Source of the DNA: Patescibacteria group bacterium
GTDB lineage: Bacteria; Patescibacteriota; Minisyncoccia; Minisyncoccales; PEYH01
Assembly: GCA_018900835.1 (NCBI GenBank)
Contig: JAHIFQ010000009.1
Coordinates: 1,624 to 65,623, forward strand
Length of the DNA: 64,000 nt
Reading direction: 5' to 3'
Position numbers and translations under genes: made by a program. The notes below the pieces were generated by a model. The model did not search any database and was not told the origin of the DNA. It saw only the letters and a program-made list of their open reading frames with translations. Below, in pieces: positions 1-10,438 of this stretch. Within the stretch, counting starts at the first letter, position 1. Each line of letters starts with the position of its first letter.

Positions 1-593
1 AACCCCATTTGTCTCATAGGTTTTTGAAAATAGCTGGAATCTTGGTTTTGTTCTTTGCTCTGTATAATATAAATTCACAATTAAATGTTTTGGGCATGCC
101 CAGTTTTAGCGACTTGGGCGCCAATTCTAATCAACCAAGAGCTGTTGTAAAAGATAATGGGCCTCAAAAACAAGATGGATTAGCGCCTATTGTTGATGGT
201 AAGCAAATCTTAAAAATGGATGCTTCTTCTCGCGGATATTCGCCAAGTTATTTTAAAGTAAGGGCTGGGATGCCAGCAAGATGGGAAATCACTGATAAAG
301 GAACCAGTGGTTGTACAAATGCCATTATTTCAAAAAATTTATTTGACGGAGAGATTCCCCTAACCCCAGGCCAGACGAGCATTAAGGAATTTATTCCTGG
401 AAAACCGGGTAAGTATAAGTTTAGTTGTTGGATGGGCATGGTTTCAGGAATTATAGAAGTTATTGACGATGGCAATGTAGTACCAGAATATAATTCTTTA
501 AATAGCAATGGAGATTCATTTAACCCATCAGGAGCAGAGGGTTCGGGTGGAAGCTGCGGCTCAAGCGGAGCATGCAGTTGTGGAGGAGAATAA
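1..593 (+). CDS. Cupredoxin-like (cupredoxin_1/EfeO-type) domain protein with Gly/Ser/Cys-rich C-terminal tail; probably 5'-truncated by the window edge
   Basis: Frame of track ORF 9..593 stays open to the window edge. Hydrophobic N-terminal segment, then [25 protein letters not shown]...[17 protein letters not shown], the Cys/Cys/Met pattern of cupredoxin_1 domains found next to metal ATPases. Tail is [17 protein letters not shown]. Confidence 0.6.
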   Translation, partial: PHLSHRFLKIAGILVLFFALYNINSQLNVLGMPSFSDLGANSNQPRAVVKDNGPQKQDGLAPIVDGKQILKMDASSRGYSPSYFKVRAGMPARWEITDKGTSGCTNAIISKNLFDGEIPLTPGQTSIKEFIPGKPGKYKFSCWMGMVSGIIEVIDDGNVVPEYNSLNSNGDSFNPSGAEGSGGSCGSSGACSCGGE

Positions 594-612
594 AAATATA
601 AATTTAATTTTT

Positions 613-2859
613 ATGAAGATGAATCAGAAAACGATTCTAAAAATATCTGGCATACGCTGCGCTTCTTGTGTGGCAAACATTGAAAACGCTTTAAAAAAAG
701 AGGCAGGAATTAAATCTGCTAATGTTAATTTTGCTTCAGAGAAACTTTATGCAGAGTTTGACCCCATAGAGACAAGCATTGCTAGCATTCAAAAAACAAT
801 TGAAAAATTGGGGTACATGGCGATAGAAGAAGTCACAGAGCAAGAGACGCATGACCATCATAAAGATGTGAAAGCTCAAGAAATTAAAAAACTAAAAACA
901 CGGCTTATCTTTGCCCTGGTTTTTGGTTTCCCGATTATCTATATGGCAATGGGCGAAATGCTTGGATTGCCAATGCCAACAGTTTTTAAAAATTACAGCG
1001 CTATCATCCAATTTGTTTTGGCAACAGCCGTTATTGTTTCCTGTTTTAATATCTGGGCATCTGGCTTTAGAAAAATGTTGGGCTTGTCTCCGAATATGGA
1101 TACACTAATTTTTCTTGGCACAGCTGTCGCTTATTTTTACAGTTTAGTTATTTCTATTTTGATATTTTTAGGAACAAAAATAGAAGCTAATCTTTACTAT
1201 GAAAGTGCAGCCATGATTTTGGTTTTTATTTCTTTTGGCAAATATCTGGAAGCAATAACCAAGGGCAAGACAAGCGATGCGATTAAAAAGTTAATTGGGC
1301 TCCAACCAAAAGAAGCGACCACAATAATCGGTGATGAGGAAATTAAAATTCCTATTTTTGAAGTAAAAGTCGGTGATATTATTTTGGTAAGACCTGGTGA
1401 AAAAATTCCAGTTGACGGGATTGTTATTGATGGATATTCCGGCGTTGATGAAAAAGCGATTACAGGAGAAAGCATACCCGTGGAAAAGAAAAAAGGCGAT
1501 GAAGTGATTGGCGCAACAATTAATAAAACCGGTGTTTTGAAATTCAGAGCAACCCGAGTAGGCAAAGACACTATGTTGGCTCAGATTATAGAAATAGTGG
1601 AACAGGCAATGGGGTCTAAGGCTCCAATCCAGCTTTTGGCCGATAAGGTCTCTTTTTATTTTGTTCCATTTGTGATTGGCATTGCTGTTTTATCTCTCTT
1701 AGTTTGGCTTCTATTGGGACAATCACTTGCTTTTGCTTTAACAGTTTTTGTAGCTGTCTTAATTATCGCCTGCCCTTGCGCGTTAGGTCTGGCAACGCCA
1801 ACCGCTGTGATGATGGGCACTGGCTTGGCAGCCAAAAGCGGCATTTTGATTAAGAGCGGTAAGGCGTTGGAAATCGCTAAGAATGTAAATATTGTTATTT
1901 TTGACAAAACAGGAACGCTAACTCGCGGAGAGCCGAGTATTACTGATATTATCCAAGTTAAGAATGAGATTAGCGAAGATTCTATCTTACAAATTGCTGC
2001 ATCAGTTGAAAAGAATTCCGAGCATCCCTTGGCACAGGCAATTATTAATAAAGCAAAAGAGAAAAATCTTGTCTTGAGCAAAGCAGAAGGGTTTCAAGCC
2101 ATACCCGGCCATGGTGTTTCGGCCCAATTGTCTGGAATTAAAAAAATACTTTTTGGAACAAGAAAACTAATGACTGACAATCAAATTAATCCAGACAGGA
2201 TAGAAGAAAAAATGGTCGTTTTAGAAGACCAAGGCAAAACAGCAATGATTTTAGCGCAAAATAAAGAGATTATTGGCATTATTGCAGTGGCTGACACTCT
2301 TAAGGACTATTCAAAACAAGCAGTTCAGATGCTTCACAAGATGGGCAAGGGGGTTGCAATGATTACGGGAGATAATAAAAGGGTCGGGCAAGCCATTGCC
2401 AAGCAAGTTGGCATAAATAGGGTTTTGTCAGAGGTTTTGCCGCAAGAAAAATCAGCTGAAATTAAGAAGATACAAAGCCAAGGGAATATTGTTGCAATGG
2501 TTGGAGATGGAATAAATGATGCTCCAGCTCTGGCGCAGGCGGATTTAGGCATTGCATTGGGGTCTGGCACAGATGTGGCTATGGAAACAGGAGAAATAGT
2601 TTTAATCAAAGATGATTTGAGAGATGTGATAACAGCGATTGATTTGAGTAAATACGCTTTAAGTAAAATTAAGCAGAATCTTTTCTGGGCATTCTTTTAT
2701 AATATTGTCGGCATTCCTATTGCTGCTGGTATTTTATATCCTTTTACTGGTTGGCTTTTAAATCCAGCGATTGCCGCCGCTGCTATGGCGTTTTCATCGG
2801 TTAGTGTTGTTTCAAACTCTCTTTTGATGAAAGCGTACAAACCAAGAATCATTAAATAA
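613..2859 (+). CDS. copA: Copper-translocating P1B-type ATPase
   Basis: HMA domain [12 protein letters not shown] (CxxC), membrane CPC motif [11 protein letters not shown], phosphorylation site FDKTGTLT, hinge [11 protein letters not shown] at 613 (MKMNQK) preferred over the track start at 508, which overlaps the previous gene. Confidence 0.93.
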   Translation: MKMNQKTILKISGIRCASCVANIENALKKEAGIKSANVNFASEKLYAEFDPIETSIASIQKTIEKLGYMAIEEVTEQETHDHHKDVKAQEIKKLKTRLIFALVFGFPIIYMAMGEMLGLPMPTVFKNYSAIIQFVLATAVIVSCFNIWASGFRKMLGLSPNMDTLIFLGTAVAYFYSLVISILIFLGTKIEANLYYESAAMILVFISFGKYLEAITKGKTSDAIKKLIGLQPKEATTIIGDEEIKIPIFEVKVGDIILVRPGEKIPVDGIVIDGYSGVDEKAITGESIPVEKKKGDEVIGATINKTGVLKFRATRVGKDTMLAQIIEIVEQAMGSKAPIQLLADKVSFYFVPFVIGIAVLSLLVWLLLGQSLAFALTVFVAVLIIACPCALGLATPTAVMMGTGLAAKSGILIKSGKALEIAKNVNIVIFDKTGTLTRGEPSITDIIQVKNEISEDSILQIAASVEKNSEHPLAQAIINKAKEKNLVLSKAEGFQAIPGHGVSAQLSGIKKILFGTRKLMTDNQINPDRIEEKMVVLEDQGKTAMILAQNKEIIGIIAVADTLKDYSKQAVQMLHKMGKGVAMITGDNKRVGQAIAKQVGINRVLSEVLPQEKSAEIKKIQSQGNIVAMVGDGINDAPALAQADLGIALGSGTDVAMETGEIVLIKDDLRDVITAIDLSKYALSKIKQNLFWAFFYNIVGIPIAAGILYPFTGWLLNPAIAAAAMAFSSVSVVSNSLLMKAYKPRIIK

Positions 2860-2881
2860 TCTAAACAACAATATCTATAAA

Positions 2882-2908
2882 GGCGGAATTTTTATCCGCC
2901 CGTTTTTT
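2882..2908 (+). terminator. Rho-independent terminator after copA
   Basis: ggcgga/tccgcc stem (2882-2887 / 2895-2900) followed by cg + tttttt. Confidence 0.6.
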
Positions 2909-2965
2909 GTTGAGTTCGTGGCGATAGAACAACCAATCGCCTCTGAATTTGAAAAAAGTTTAATC

Positions 2966-3039
2966 TGGTCGGGGTGCCCGGACTCGAACCGGGACTAAAT
3001 CCTCCCAAAGGATTCGTGCTACCATTGCACTACACCCCG
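2966..3039 (-). tRNA. tRNA-Pro (anticodon TGG), CCA encoded
   Basis: Reverse complement folds as CGGGGTG..CACCCCG acceptor, anticodon loop TTTGGGA, T arm CCCGG TTCGAGT CCGGG, then A-CCA. Confidence 0.85.
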
Positions 3040-3136
3040 CATATATGATGTTAAAGGAAAATCAGTGGATTGTGAAGGGGTTGCTTCTTGCTTTCTTTTA
3101 AATGTGTTAAAATATATCAATATATAAGCGTGCCTA

Positions 3137-4093
3137 ATGGCCAAAAAATTTTTCCAATTCAATATTTTCGCACAGTGTAAGAGATATCAAATTCCTGCAT
3201 GGCAATGCCCCGAGTTTTTATTTTTTATTATGGGCATAATAATCATCATCTCAAGTATCTCATTTTATGCGATAGGCGAAAGATATGTGTCAGACCCCAG
3301 AATAGTGGCGTTAATTGTAATGATAGTTTCCATGACCCTTCTTGTCATCGCTTTCACGATTACACGCAGTTTTGAGGACTTGGCTGAAGCAAATAGAATG
3401 AAGGCAGAGTTTGTTAATATCGTTTCCCACCAATTGAGAGCTCCATTGACCAATTTAAGGTGGGCAACCCAATTTCTTCTGTCAGAAGATTTTTCCACAG
3501 TGGCTAAAAAACTTTCTACTGGCAAAGAATCAGAATACTTTGATATTATAAAAGAAAATTCTTACAGGATGGAACAATTGATTGATGATTTGCTTACCAT
3601 TACTCGCTTAAAAGATGGTAGAACCAACAGCAAGAGGACAAAATTTTCTTTAGCAGGCATTACCAAGGGCACTATGGAAGAATGCCGGGCAATTGCATCA
3701 GCGTCTAATCTGTCAATAGAATTGAATGAGGATAAAAATGCGCCTTTAGTTTTTTCCAGTTATCCATTGATAAAGATAGTAGTTGATAACCTTTTGGGCA
3801 ATGCTATCAACTACAGCAATGGCGGCGGTAAAATAGCGATTAAAATTAAGTCATTGCCAAAAAAGGTCCAATTTGAGATAACAGATGAAGGCATTGGGAT
3901 TCCTGCAGAGGACCGGAAATATATTTTTGAAAAATTTTTCCGAGCCAAAAATGCTGTTAAGGCCGAGGTCTATGGAACCGGATTAGGGCTTTTTATCGCG
4001 AAATTAATTATTGACCAAATGAAAGGAAGGATTTGGTTTAAATCACAACAAGACAAAGGCACAACCTTTTATTTCACGCTACCAATCAATTAA
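3137..4093 (+). CDS. Membrane sensor histidine kinase
   Basis: Two N-terminal TM segments. HisKA H-box FVNIVSHQLRAPLT. HATPase_c N/G boxes NLLGNAINYS, TDEGIGIP, GTGLGLFIAKLII. Confidence 0.9.
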   Translation: MAKKFFQFNIFAQCKRYQIPAWQCPEFLFFIMGIIIIISSISFYAIGERYVSDPRIVALIVMIVSMTLLVIAFTITRSFEDLAEANRMKAEFVNIVSHQLRAPLTNLRWATQFLLSEDFSTVAKKLSTGKESEYFDIIKENSYRMEQLIDDLLTITRLKDGRTNSKRTKFSLAGITKGTMEECRAIASASNLSIELNEDKNAPLVFSSYPLIKIVVDNLLGNAINYSNGGGKIAIKIKSLPKKVQFEITDEGIGIPAEDRKYIFEKFFRAKNAVKAEVYGTGLGLFIAKLIIDQMKGRIWFKSQQDKGTTFYFTLPIN

Positions 4094-4132
4094 TCACTAA
4101 TCACTAATAACTAATCAATAATAATTAATTAT
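4091..4132 (+). repeat. Heptamer tandem array taatcac/taatcac/taataac/taatcaa/taataat/taattat
   Basis: Read directly. The array starts at the kinase TAA stop and ends 10 nt before the receiver ATG. Confidence 0.8.
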
Positions 4133-4142
4133 TTCTACTATT

Positions 4143-4532
4143 ATGAGCAAAATTTTATTCATAGAAGATGAGGCAGCTATCCAAAAAACGCTTGGTGAGT
4201 CGTTGCGCTCAAGAGGTTTTGATGTGAAGTCAGCGCTTGATGGCGAAATAGGTCTCCGCTTGGCGAAGAGCGAAAAGCCGGACTTAATTCTTTTAGACCT
4301 GATATTGCCCAAAAAACACGGGTTAGAAGTTTTAGAGGAGTTGAGGAAAGATGAAACCACATCAAATATTCCGGTAATGATACTAACTAATTTGGAAAAC
4401 GCCGGAGAGGTTGAAAAAGCAATTGAGCTTGGAGCAACCACTTATTTAGTAAAGGCAAACTACAGCTTGAACGAGGTCATAGAAAAAGTTGAACAAGCCC
4501 TGGCAAAAAAAAACATAGACAGCAAGGCATAA
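4143..4532 (+). CDS. Stand-alone response regulator receiver (CheY-like)
   Basis: Receiver motifs IEDE, DLILLDLILPKKHG (phospho-Asp), TNL..., ATTYLVK. No output domain. Confidence 0.9.
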   Translation: MSKILFIEDEAAIQKTLGESLRSRGFDVKSALDGEIGLRLAKSEKPDLILLDLILPKKHGLEVLEELRKDETTSNIPVMILTNLENAGEVEKAIELGATTYLVKANYSLNEVIEKVEQALAKKNIDSKA

Positions 4533-4557
4533 TTAATTTTTTACTCTGTTTTTTATT

Positions 4558-6312
4558 ATGAAACTTGATGTTAAAAGATTAAAAGCGTTCATTTTAGACG
4601 CTGATTTAGTCACAAAAGAGCAATTTAAGAAGGTAGAGCAGATAGCTAAAGCCAATGACCAGAATATAGAGGATGTTCTATCCTCTCATGATTTTATTTC
4701 CCCTGACGATTTGGCTCGGCTTAAAGCATATATTCTCGGGATGCCGTTTATTAATTTAGAGCAGTCCATAATCCCAAGCGATGTTTTAGAAATCATTCCA
4801 GAACCAATCGCCCGTTCTAACAACATAGTCGCTTTCAGAAAAGACAAGAAAAATTTAGAGGTGGCGATGATTGACCCGGATGACTTACAAACCATAGAGT
4901 TTATCAAAAAGAAATCCAACCTGAAAATCCTCCCTCGCCTGACTTCTCCGGAAGGGATTAAGAACGCCTTAGCCCAGTATAGAAAAACTTTAAAAGCGGA
5001 ATTCCAAGACCTTATAAAAAAAGACGCAAATGGCGTGAAGGTTATTCCTTTTAAAAGAGAATTTGGAGACAAAGAAAAACAAAATCTTAAAAAAGTAGCC
5101 GAGGAACTGCCTGTTATAAGAATTGTTGATACTCTTTTAAGGCATGCGGTTTTAGATAGGGCTTCAGATATTCACATAGAGCCGACAGAAAAAGAGGTCT
5201 TGGTTCGTTATAGGATTGATGGCATATTGCACGATGCTATGACATTACCCAAGCAAATTGCCCCGGGTATTGTTGCGAGAATTAAGGTTCTTTCTAATCT
5301 CAAACTGGATGAGCAACGATTGCCCCAAGATGGACGATTTAAGTTCAAAAGCAATGACGATAAATATTCAGTAAGAGTTTCAGTCCTCCCTGTTTTGACT
5401 GGTGAAAAGGTGGTTATGCGACTTTTAGCAGAAGGAGCCAAGGGATATTCGTTGGAAGAATTAGGCCTTAAGGGCGAGGCCTTAGAATACATCCATTCAG
5501 CGATTAAGAGACCGACTGGCTTGATTTTAGTGACAGGGCCTACTGGTTCTGGAAAAACCACTACCCTGTATTCAATCTTGGAGATGTTGAATACCCCGGA
5601 AATTAATATCTGCACTGTGGAGGACCCTATTGAATACCGGATACCGAGAGTCAACCAAACACAGGTTATGCCGAAAATTGGGCTTACATTCTCTAGTGGG
5701 TTAAGGTCTTTATTAAGACAAGACCCTGATATTATAATGGTTGGCGAAATCCGCGACAATGAAACTGCTTCTTTGGCAATAAATGCCGCCCTCACCGGAC
5801 ACCTTGTTTTATCAACACTTCATACAAATGACGCTGCCGGAGCAATTCCAAGATTGATAGATATGAAAATAGAACCGTTCCTAATCGCTTCTACCCTCAA
5901 TGTTGTTCTTGCCCAGCGGTTGGTCAGGAGATTATGCGCTTCAGGAGAGGAATACGCGCCAAGTCAGACAATTATTAAAAATTTATCCAAGCAATGCGAT
6001 TGTTCAAGATTTCTCGCCGCCCTAAAAGAAGATAAAATAATAAAACAGAGTCAGAAGCTCACAGATATCAATTTTTATCATCCCAAAAAGAGCAAGTCGT
6101 GTCCGGAAGGATATAAAGGCAGGAGCGGTATTTTTGAGGTCTTGCCCATCACCGAGTCAATCAAGAGATTGATTGATGAAGGCGTTTTTTCAGAAAAAAT
6201 AAAAGACCAGGCCATTAAAGAGGGAATGAGAACAATGGTGGAAGATGGTTTGGTTAAAGCAGCCCAGGGCATTACGACCATAGAAGAGGTGCTGAGAGTA
6301 ATAATGGAATAA
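4558..6312 (+). CDS. pilB: Type IV pilus/T2SS assembly ATPase, GspE/PilB family (set 1)
   Basis: N-terminal GSPII domain, Walker A GPTGSGKTTT, Asp box, Walker B IIMVGEIRD, His box TGHLVLSTLHTND, C-terminal Cys cluster. Confidence 0.92.
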   Translation: MKLDVKRLKAFILDADLVTKEQFKKVEQIAKANDQNIEDVLSSHDFISPDDLARLKAYILGMPFINLEQSIIPSDVLEIIPEPIARSNNIVAFRKDKKNLEVAMIDPDDLQTIEFIKKKSNLKILPRLTSPEGIKNALAQYRKTLKAEFQDLIKKDANGVKVIPFKREFGDKEKQNLKKVAEELPVIRIVDTLLRHAVLDRASDIHIEPTEKEVLVRYRIDGILHDAMTLPKQIAPGIVARIKVLSNLKLDEQRLPQDGRFKFKSNDDKYSVRVSVLPVLTGEKVVMRLLAEGAKGYSLEELGLKGEALEYIHSAIKRPTGLILVTGPTGSGKTTTLYSILEMLNTPEINICTVEDPIEYRIPRVNQTQVMPKIGLTFSSGLRSLLRQDPDIIMVGEIRDNETASLAINAALTGHLVLSTLHTNDAAGAIPRLIDMKIEPFLIASTLNVVLAQRLVRRLCASGEEYAPSQTIIKNLSKQCDCSRFLAALKEDKIIKQSQKLTDINFYHPKKSKSCPEGYKGRSGIFEVLPITESIKRLIDEGVFSEKIKDQAIKEGMRTMVEDGLVKAAQGITTIEEVLRVIME

Positions 6313-6322
6313 CTCAAAATTT

Positions 6323-7534
6323 ATGTCTGTCTATTCATATACTGCAAAATCGTTCAGCGGGAAAAGCAAAAAAGGAACAGTAGAGGCCAAGAGTAAAAAA
6401 GAATTGGCAAGCATGCTTAAGCAGGATGGGTTTTTTTTGATTTCAGCGGAAGCTGGGAAAGCGCCGAATAAGAAGATAAAAATTTCTTTAGGCATAAAAT
6501 ATGTTTCTCTTACAGAGAAACTGATGGCAACAAGGAATCTGCAGGTGATGATTGCTGCGGGAGTCCCTTTGCCAAGGTCATTGGAAATTTTGAGCACTCA
6601 GGCGAAGAACAAATATTTTAAGAAGGTTTTAGCCAATATTAAAAATGAGATTATTAAGGGGACAACTCTTTCAGATGCTCTGAAAAAATATCCAAGGGTT
6701 TTTCCGGAAATATATTACAGTATGGTTCAAGTCGGAGAGCAAACAGGTAAAATGGAAGAGGTTCTTGATATTCTCGCCATCCAACTTGAAAGAGCTCATG
6801 AGTTGAAGTCAAAGGTGATTGGGGCGATGGTTTATCCAGCAGTGATTATTGCAGCAATGCTTGTTATTGGAGTTATTATGTTGGTCAAGGTCGTGCCTCA
6901 GCTTAGTAAAACATTTGAGGAGTTGGGAGTAGACCTTCCTCCGATGACATTGCTTGTAATCGGACTCGGGAATTTCTTAGTCAATAGGTGGTATATAGTA
7001 ATTTTAATATTATTGGTATTGGTCTTTGCAATTATAATTCTAATAAGAAATAAGACCGGCAAGAAGTATTTTGACGCATGGCTTTTGCGAATTCCAGTAA
7101 TATCAGGGTTAATTAAAAAAATTAATTGCGCCTATACTTCTATCACCTTGAGCGCATTGATTCAAGGAGGGGTCCCGATTGTTACAGCATTGGGGATTTC
7201 GGTTGGCGCAGTGAGCAATACTCATTTCAAAGACGCGCTTAAAGACGCTGCCAAAAAAGTCCAAAAAGGAGAACGATTGTCTTCTGCTATGTCTAAGTTC
7301 CCGAATCTTTATCCGAACCTATTTTTACAGATGCTTCAAGTTGGCGAAGAGACCGGCGAAACATCTGGTATGCTTTCCAAATTAGCTAATTTTTTTGAGG
7401 GCCAGGTAAATAATATTACTAAGAATTTATCGTCTATTATAGAGCCGGTTCTTTTACTCTTTGTTGGAGCTGTTGTCGCTTTTTTTGCAATTGCCATGGT
7501 TCAGCCGATTTATTCAATAATGTCGGGCATGTGA
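6323..7534 (+). CDS. pilC: Type IV pilus platform protein, GspF/PilC family (set 1)
   Basis: Two T2SSF repeats (LSDALKKYPRVFPEIYYSMVQVGEQTG and LSSAMSKFPNLYPNLFLQMLQVGEETG) and three TM blocks. Confidence 0.9.
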   Translation: MSVYSYTAKSFSGKSKKGTVEAKSKKELASMLKQDGFFLISAEAGKAPNKKIKISLGIKYVSLTEKLMATRNLQVMIAAGVPLPRSLEILSTQAKNKYFKKVLANIKNEIIKGTTLSDALKKYPRVFPEIYYSMVQVGEQTGKMEEVLDILAIQLERAHELKSKVIGAMVYPAVIIAAMLVIGVIMLVKVVPQLSKTFEELGVDLPPMTLLVIGLGNFLVNRWYIVILILLVLVFAIIILIRNKTGKKYFDAWLLRIPVISGLIKKINCAYTSITLSALIQGGVPIVTALGISVGAVSNTHFKDALKDAAKKVQKGERLSSAMSKFPNLYPNLFLQMLQVGEETGETSGMLSKLANFFEGQVNNITKNLSSIIEPVLLLFVGAVVAFFAIAMVQPIYSIMSGM

Positions 7535-7539
7535 GGAAT

Positions 7540-7574
7540 CGTAAAGCGAAAAACACAAAACACAAAATAAAAAG
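7540..7574 (-). repeat. Heptamer array of the TTTTRYG/CTTTRCG flavour (reads cgtaaag/cgaaaaa/cacaaaa/cacaaaa/taaaaag on +)
   Basis: Read directly between the pilC stop and the GTG start at 7574. Same unit family as 44221-44270 and 46653-46754. Confidence 0.65.
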
Positions 7575-9430
7575 TGAAAAAGATAAAAAAGAAATTATCC
7601 AATAAAGGATTGACTCCCCGCTTTTTTTCTTACAATCAAAATGGGGGGTTCACCTTAATAGAGGTGCTTGTTGCCACTCTTTTAATCTCCATTATTTTTT
7701 TGGGGATTTTCGGCGGTTTTCAGTTAGCAGTAAGGGTAGTGGCGCAATCCAAAGCCAGAATGCAGGCAGTGTATTTGGCGTCAGAAAAAATAGAAGAGAT
7801 GCGAGGATTGAACTTTGTTGACATTGAAACAACCCAAGAAAGTATTGTCGTTAATGGCGTTGAATATAATACGGAAACAATAGTAGAGGATTTTGACGAT
7901 TGCGCGGACGGGACTATTGAGGGATTTGATTGTTCTGGAGCAATTGTTTTGCCGGATACCGCGCCTGATGATTATAAAAAAATAAAAGTAAGGGTTTCCT
8001 GGCAGACCTTTTTTGGCGGTGAAATGGTTTTAAGCTCTTATGCTGCCTCTGAATCATTGGAAACAGGGGAAGGCAAGGGGGCTATGAGGGTTTCTTTAAG
8101 CGATAGCTTGGGCCAGCCAATAGAGATTTTGACTGGGGACCAATTAGCCCCATGTTCTGCGAGTTCAATCAATATAATAAACAATGGGTATGGCCTTGAC
8201 CAATGTTATGGCACAGATACCAATAACCCCGGGGTCAGGGTTTTAATTTTGGATGAGTCATTGGAGCCGGATGATTATAAAATTATTGTTTCAAAGAGTG
8301 GTTATGCCGCAGCCGAGACATTTCGTTCTGGAGACACATACGGAGGAACAATAATCTCCACGCCAAACAGGAAAAATCCAACAATCAATGAAGGAGAGCT
8401 CTATCCGATTACTTTTATCATTGATTTGTTGAGCGATTTGAATATTAGCACAGCGCTCGCTTGGAGCGGAGATAGTTTTTTTGATACTTTTCTGAACCAG
8501 AACAAAATCTCTACAATAGAGAATCTTATTGTATCCAACGGACAAGCAACTCTAGCAACCAGCTCCCCTATTAGTTATTTTGATTCAGGATATTTAGAAT
8601 CAACGCCAATAGTTCCCGGCGAGATTACTGAATGGTATGATTTTGAATGGTCGGAATTAGAAGACACAGATACAGATATTACATATCAGGTCTTTTATGC
8701 AACCAGTAGTTCGTGGCTTTTGGTTCCTGATATTGATATCCCGGGAAATAGCAGTGGCTTAGAAATGTCACCCGTTGATTTAAGCCAAATGGATATTAAT
8801 AAATATTCTGAATTAAAAATAGGGGCGAATTTTTCAACAAGCGATGTCCTTAAAACACCCACCTTATATGAATGGCGCGCTTCTTGGAAGAATGGCGAGG
8901 AGACAATTATTTCCAATGTGAGTTTCGATATTAGGGGAGACAAGACAGTTGGGACAGATATCGAGGAATACTTGATTTATAAATATTCAGAAACACTAAC
9001 ATCAGATTCAGGCGGGCATAAATTAATATCAGGATTAGAAACAGATAATTACTATTTTTCAGGTTTTATAAAAAACGGAAGCGCGCTTAATCTTAACAGT
9101 AGTTTGAGCCCAATGCCTTTTAATCTTTTATCAGGCACAAGCACGGGATTTACTCTATACCTTGAATCAGACAATTCTTTACTCGTTAAAGTTAAAGATG
9201 TTTCAATCGCAGAGCCGGTTTTTGGCGCTGGAGTCCGACTTTCCAATCAAGGATTAGGATATGATGTGAGCTTGACTACGAATGAGTCAGGAGAAGCGTT
9301 GTTCCTTCCTTTGCAAATAAGCGCAAATTATGTTTTAGAGATTCAGGCGCAAAATTATTATGAAGAAACGATTCCTATTGCTGTTTCAGGAAATAATTAT
9401 AAAGAAGTAGGCATAGAGAGATATGAATAA
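7574..9430 (+). CDS. Giant prepilin-type protein (618 aa) with N-terminal cleavage/methylation motif
   Basis: GGFTLIEVLVATLLISI class III signal (G/FTLIE with Glu at +5) after a basic leader. The large beta-rich ectodomain ends in a carboxypeptidase-regulatory-like segment (my reading). GTG start. Confidence 0.75.
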   Translation: MKKIKKKLSNKGLTPRFFSYNQNGGFTLIEVLVATLLISIIFLGIFGGFQLAVRVVAQSKARMQAVYLASEKIEEMRGLNFVDIETTQESIVVNGVEYNTETIVEDFDDCADGTIEGFDCSGAIVLPDTAPDDYKKIKVRVSWQTFFGGEMVLSSYAASESLETGEGKGAMRVSLSDSLGQPIEILTGDQLAPCSASSINIINNGYGLDQCYGTDTNNPGVRVLILDESLEPDDYKIIVSKSGYAAAETFRSGDTYGGTIISTPNRKNPTINEGELYPITFIIDLLSDLNISTALAWSGDSFFDTFLNQNKISTIENLIVSNGQATLATSSPISYFDSGYLESTPIVPGEITEWYDFEWSELEDTDTDITYQVFYATSSSWLLVPDIDIPGNSSGLEMSPVDLSQMDINKYSELKIGANFSTSDVLKTPTLYEWRASWKNGEETIISNVSFDIRGDKTVGTDIEEYLIYKYSETLTSDSGGHKLISGLETDNYYFSGFIKNGSALNLNSSLSPMPFNLLSGTSTGFTLYLESDNSLLVKVKDVSIAEPVFGAGVRLSNQGLGYDVSLTTNESGEALFLPLQISANYVLEIQAQNYYEETIPIAVSGNNYKEVGIERYE

Positions 9431-9442
9431 ACGATTCTCACT

Positions 9443-10438
9443 ATGAATAAAGGATTTACATTAATAGAAACAATTGTCGCTGTGTTTATTTTAAGCGTTA
9501 TAACAACAGGGTTATTTTCTATCATCCCTGCCATTTATCGCGTTGATAGCTATGCTTGGCATCAGGCGCACGCAACCAATGAGGCAAGGAGAGGGATGAA
9601 GACAATGATAAGAGAAATCAGAGAAGCAATTACCGGCGAAGACGGGTCATATGTGCTTTTATCAGCCCAAGACAACGAACTCATTTTTTTCAGCGACATT
9701 GATAAAGACAATGACATAGAAAGAGTAAGATATTTTTTGGGAGGGACTTCAGATTATCAACAGACGCAGGAATGCGTTACCTATATTGACGGGGGCTCAT
9801 GTTCAATAGTATTTTCTGATTTTTTTAATGGAACATTAAATCAAGCAGTAGTACAGGTAGGCGTTAAGGGCGATTTCGGGCTGTCTAGCGAACTCGCCAA
9901 TATTTATGCTGATAGTGTTTTATTGGGTTCAATTTGTTCCAGCGTGTCATCTTGCGAAGATTGTTCAACTGTCTGGAACGGAATAATGAGCTTTGATGTT
10001 ATGGGTCAGGCGTCTGATAATTATTTGCAATTGACAGCTGATGCCAGTAGCTATGTTAATGACATTTGTTCTCCGGGATATTTTGCTATGCGCGCGCAGT
10101 TTCAATTAAATTGGCAGGCAGAGGAAGCAGGAAAGGAAAGAGAGTTTAAGAGAGGGGTTGTTGAGCCAATCGGCGATATTCCACAATACCTTACAGATAC
10201 GGAGGAAATAACTGTATTGTCCCGCTATGTTCAAAATCAAATAAACAGTCCACAAAAAACCGTTTTTAAATATTATGATAAAGATGGGCAGGAAATAATT
10301 GACCCGATAGAAAGAATAAACAGCACTAAGATTATAAAGATTATGTTGATAGTGAATGTTGAGCCGAATCGCGCGCCCGATGATTATTATCTGCAAAGCA
10401 AAGTTCAATTAAGAAATTTAATTTTTGATAACGAATAA
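9443..10438 (+). CDS. Large prepilin-type protein (331 aa)
   Basis: MNKGFTLIETIVAVFILSVI prepilin motif. Cys-rich ectodomain. Confidence 0.75.
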   Translation: MNKGFTLIETIVAVFILSVITTGLFSIIPAIYRVDSYAWHQAHATNEARRGMKTMIREIREAITGEDGSYVLLSAQDNELIFFSDIDKDNDIERVRYFLGGTSDYQQTQECVTYIDGGSCSIVFSDFFNGTLNQAVVQVGVKGDFGLSSELANIYADSVLLGSICSSVSSCEDCSTVWNGIMSFDVMGQASDNYLQLTADASSYVNDICSPGYFAMRAQFQLNWQAEEAGKEREFKRGVVEPIGDIPQYLTDTEEITVLSRYVQNQINSPQKTVFKYYDKDGQEIIDPIERINSTKIIKIMLIVNVEPNRAPDDYYLQSKVQLRNLIFDNE

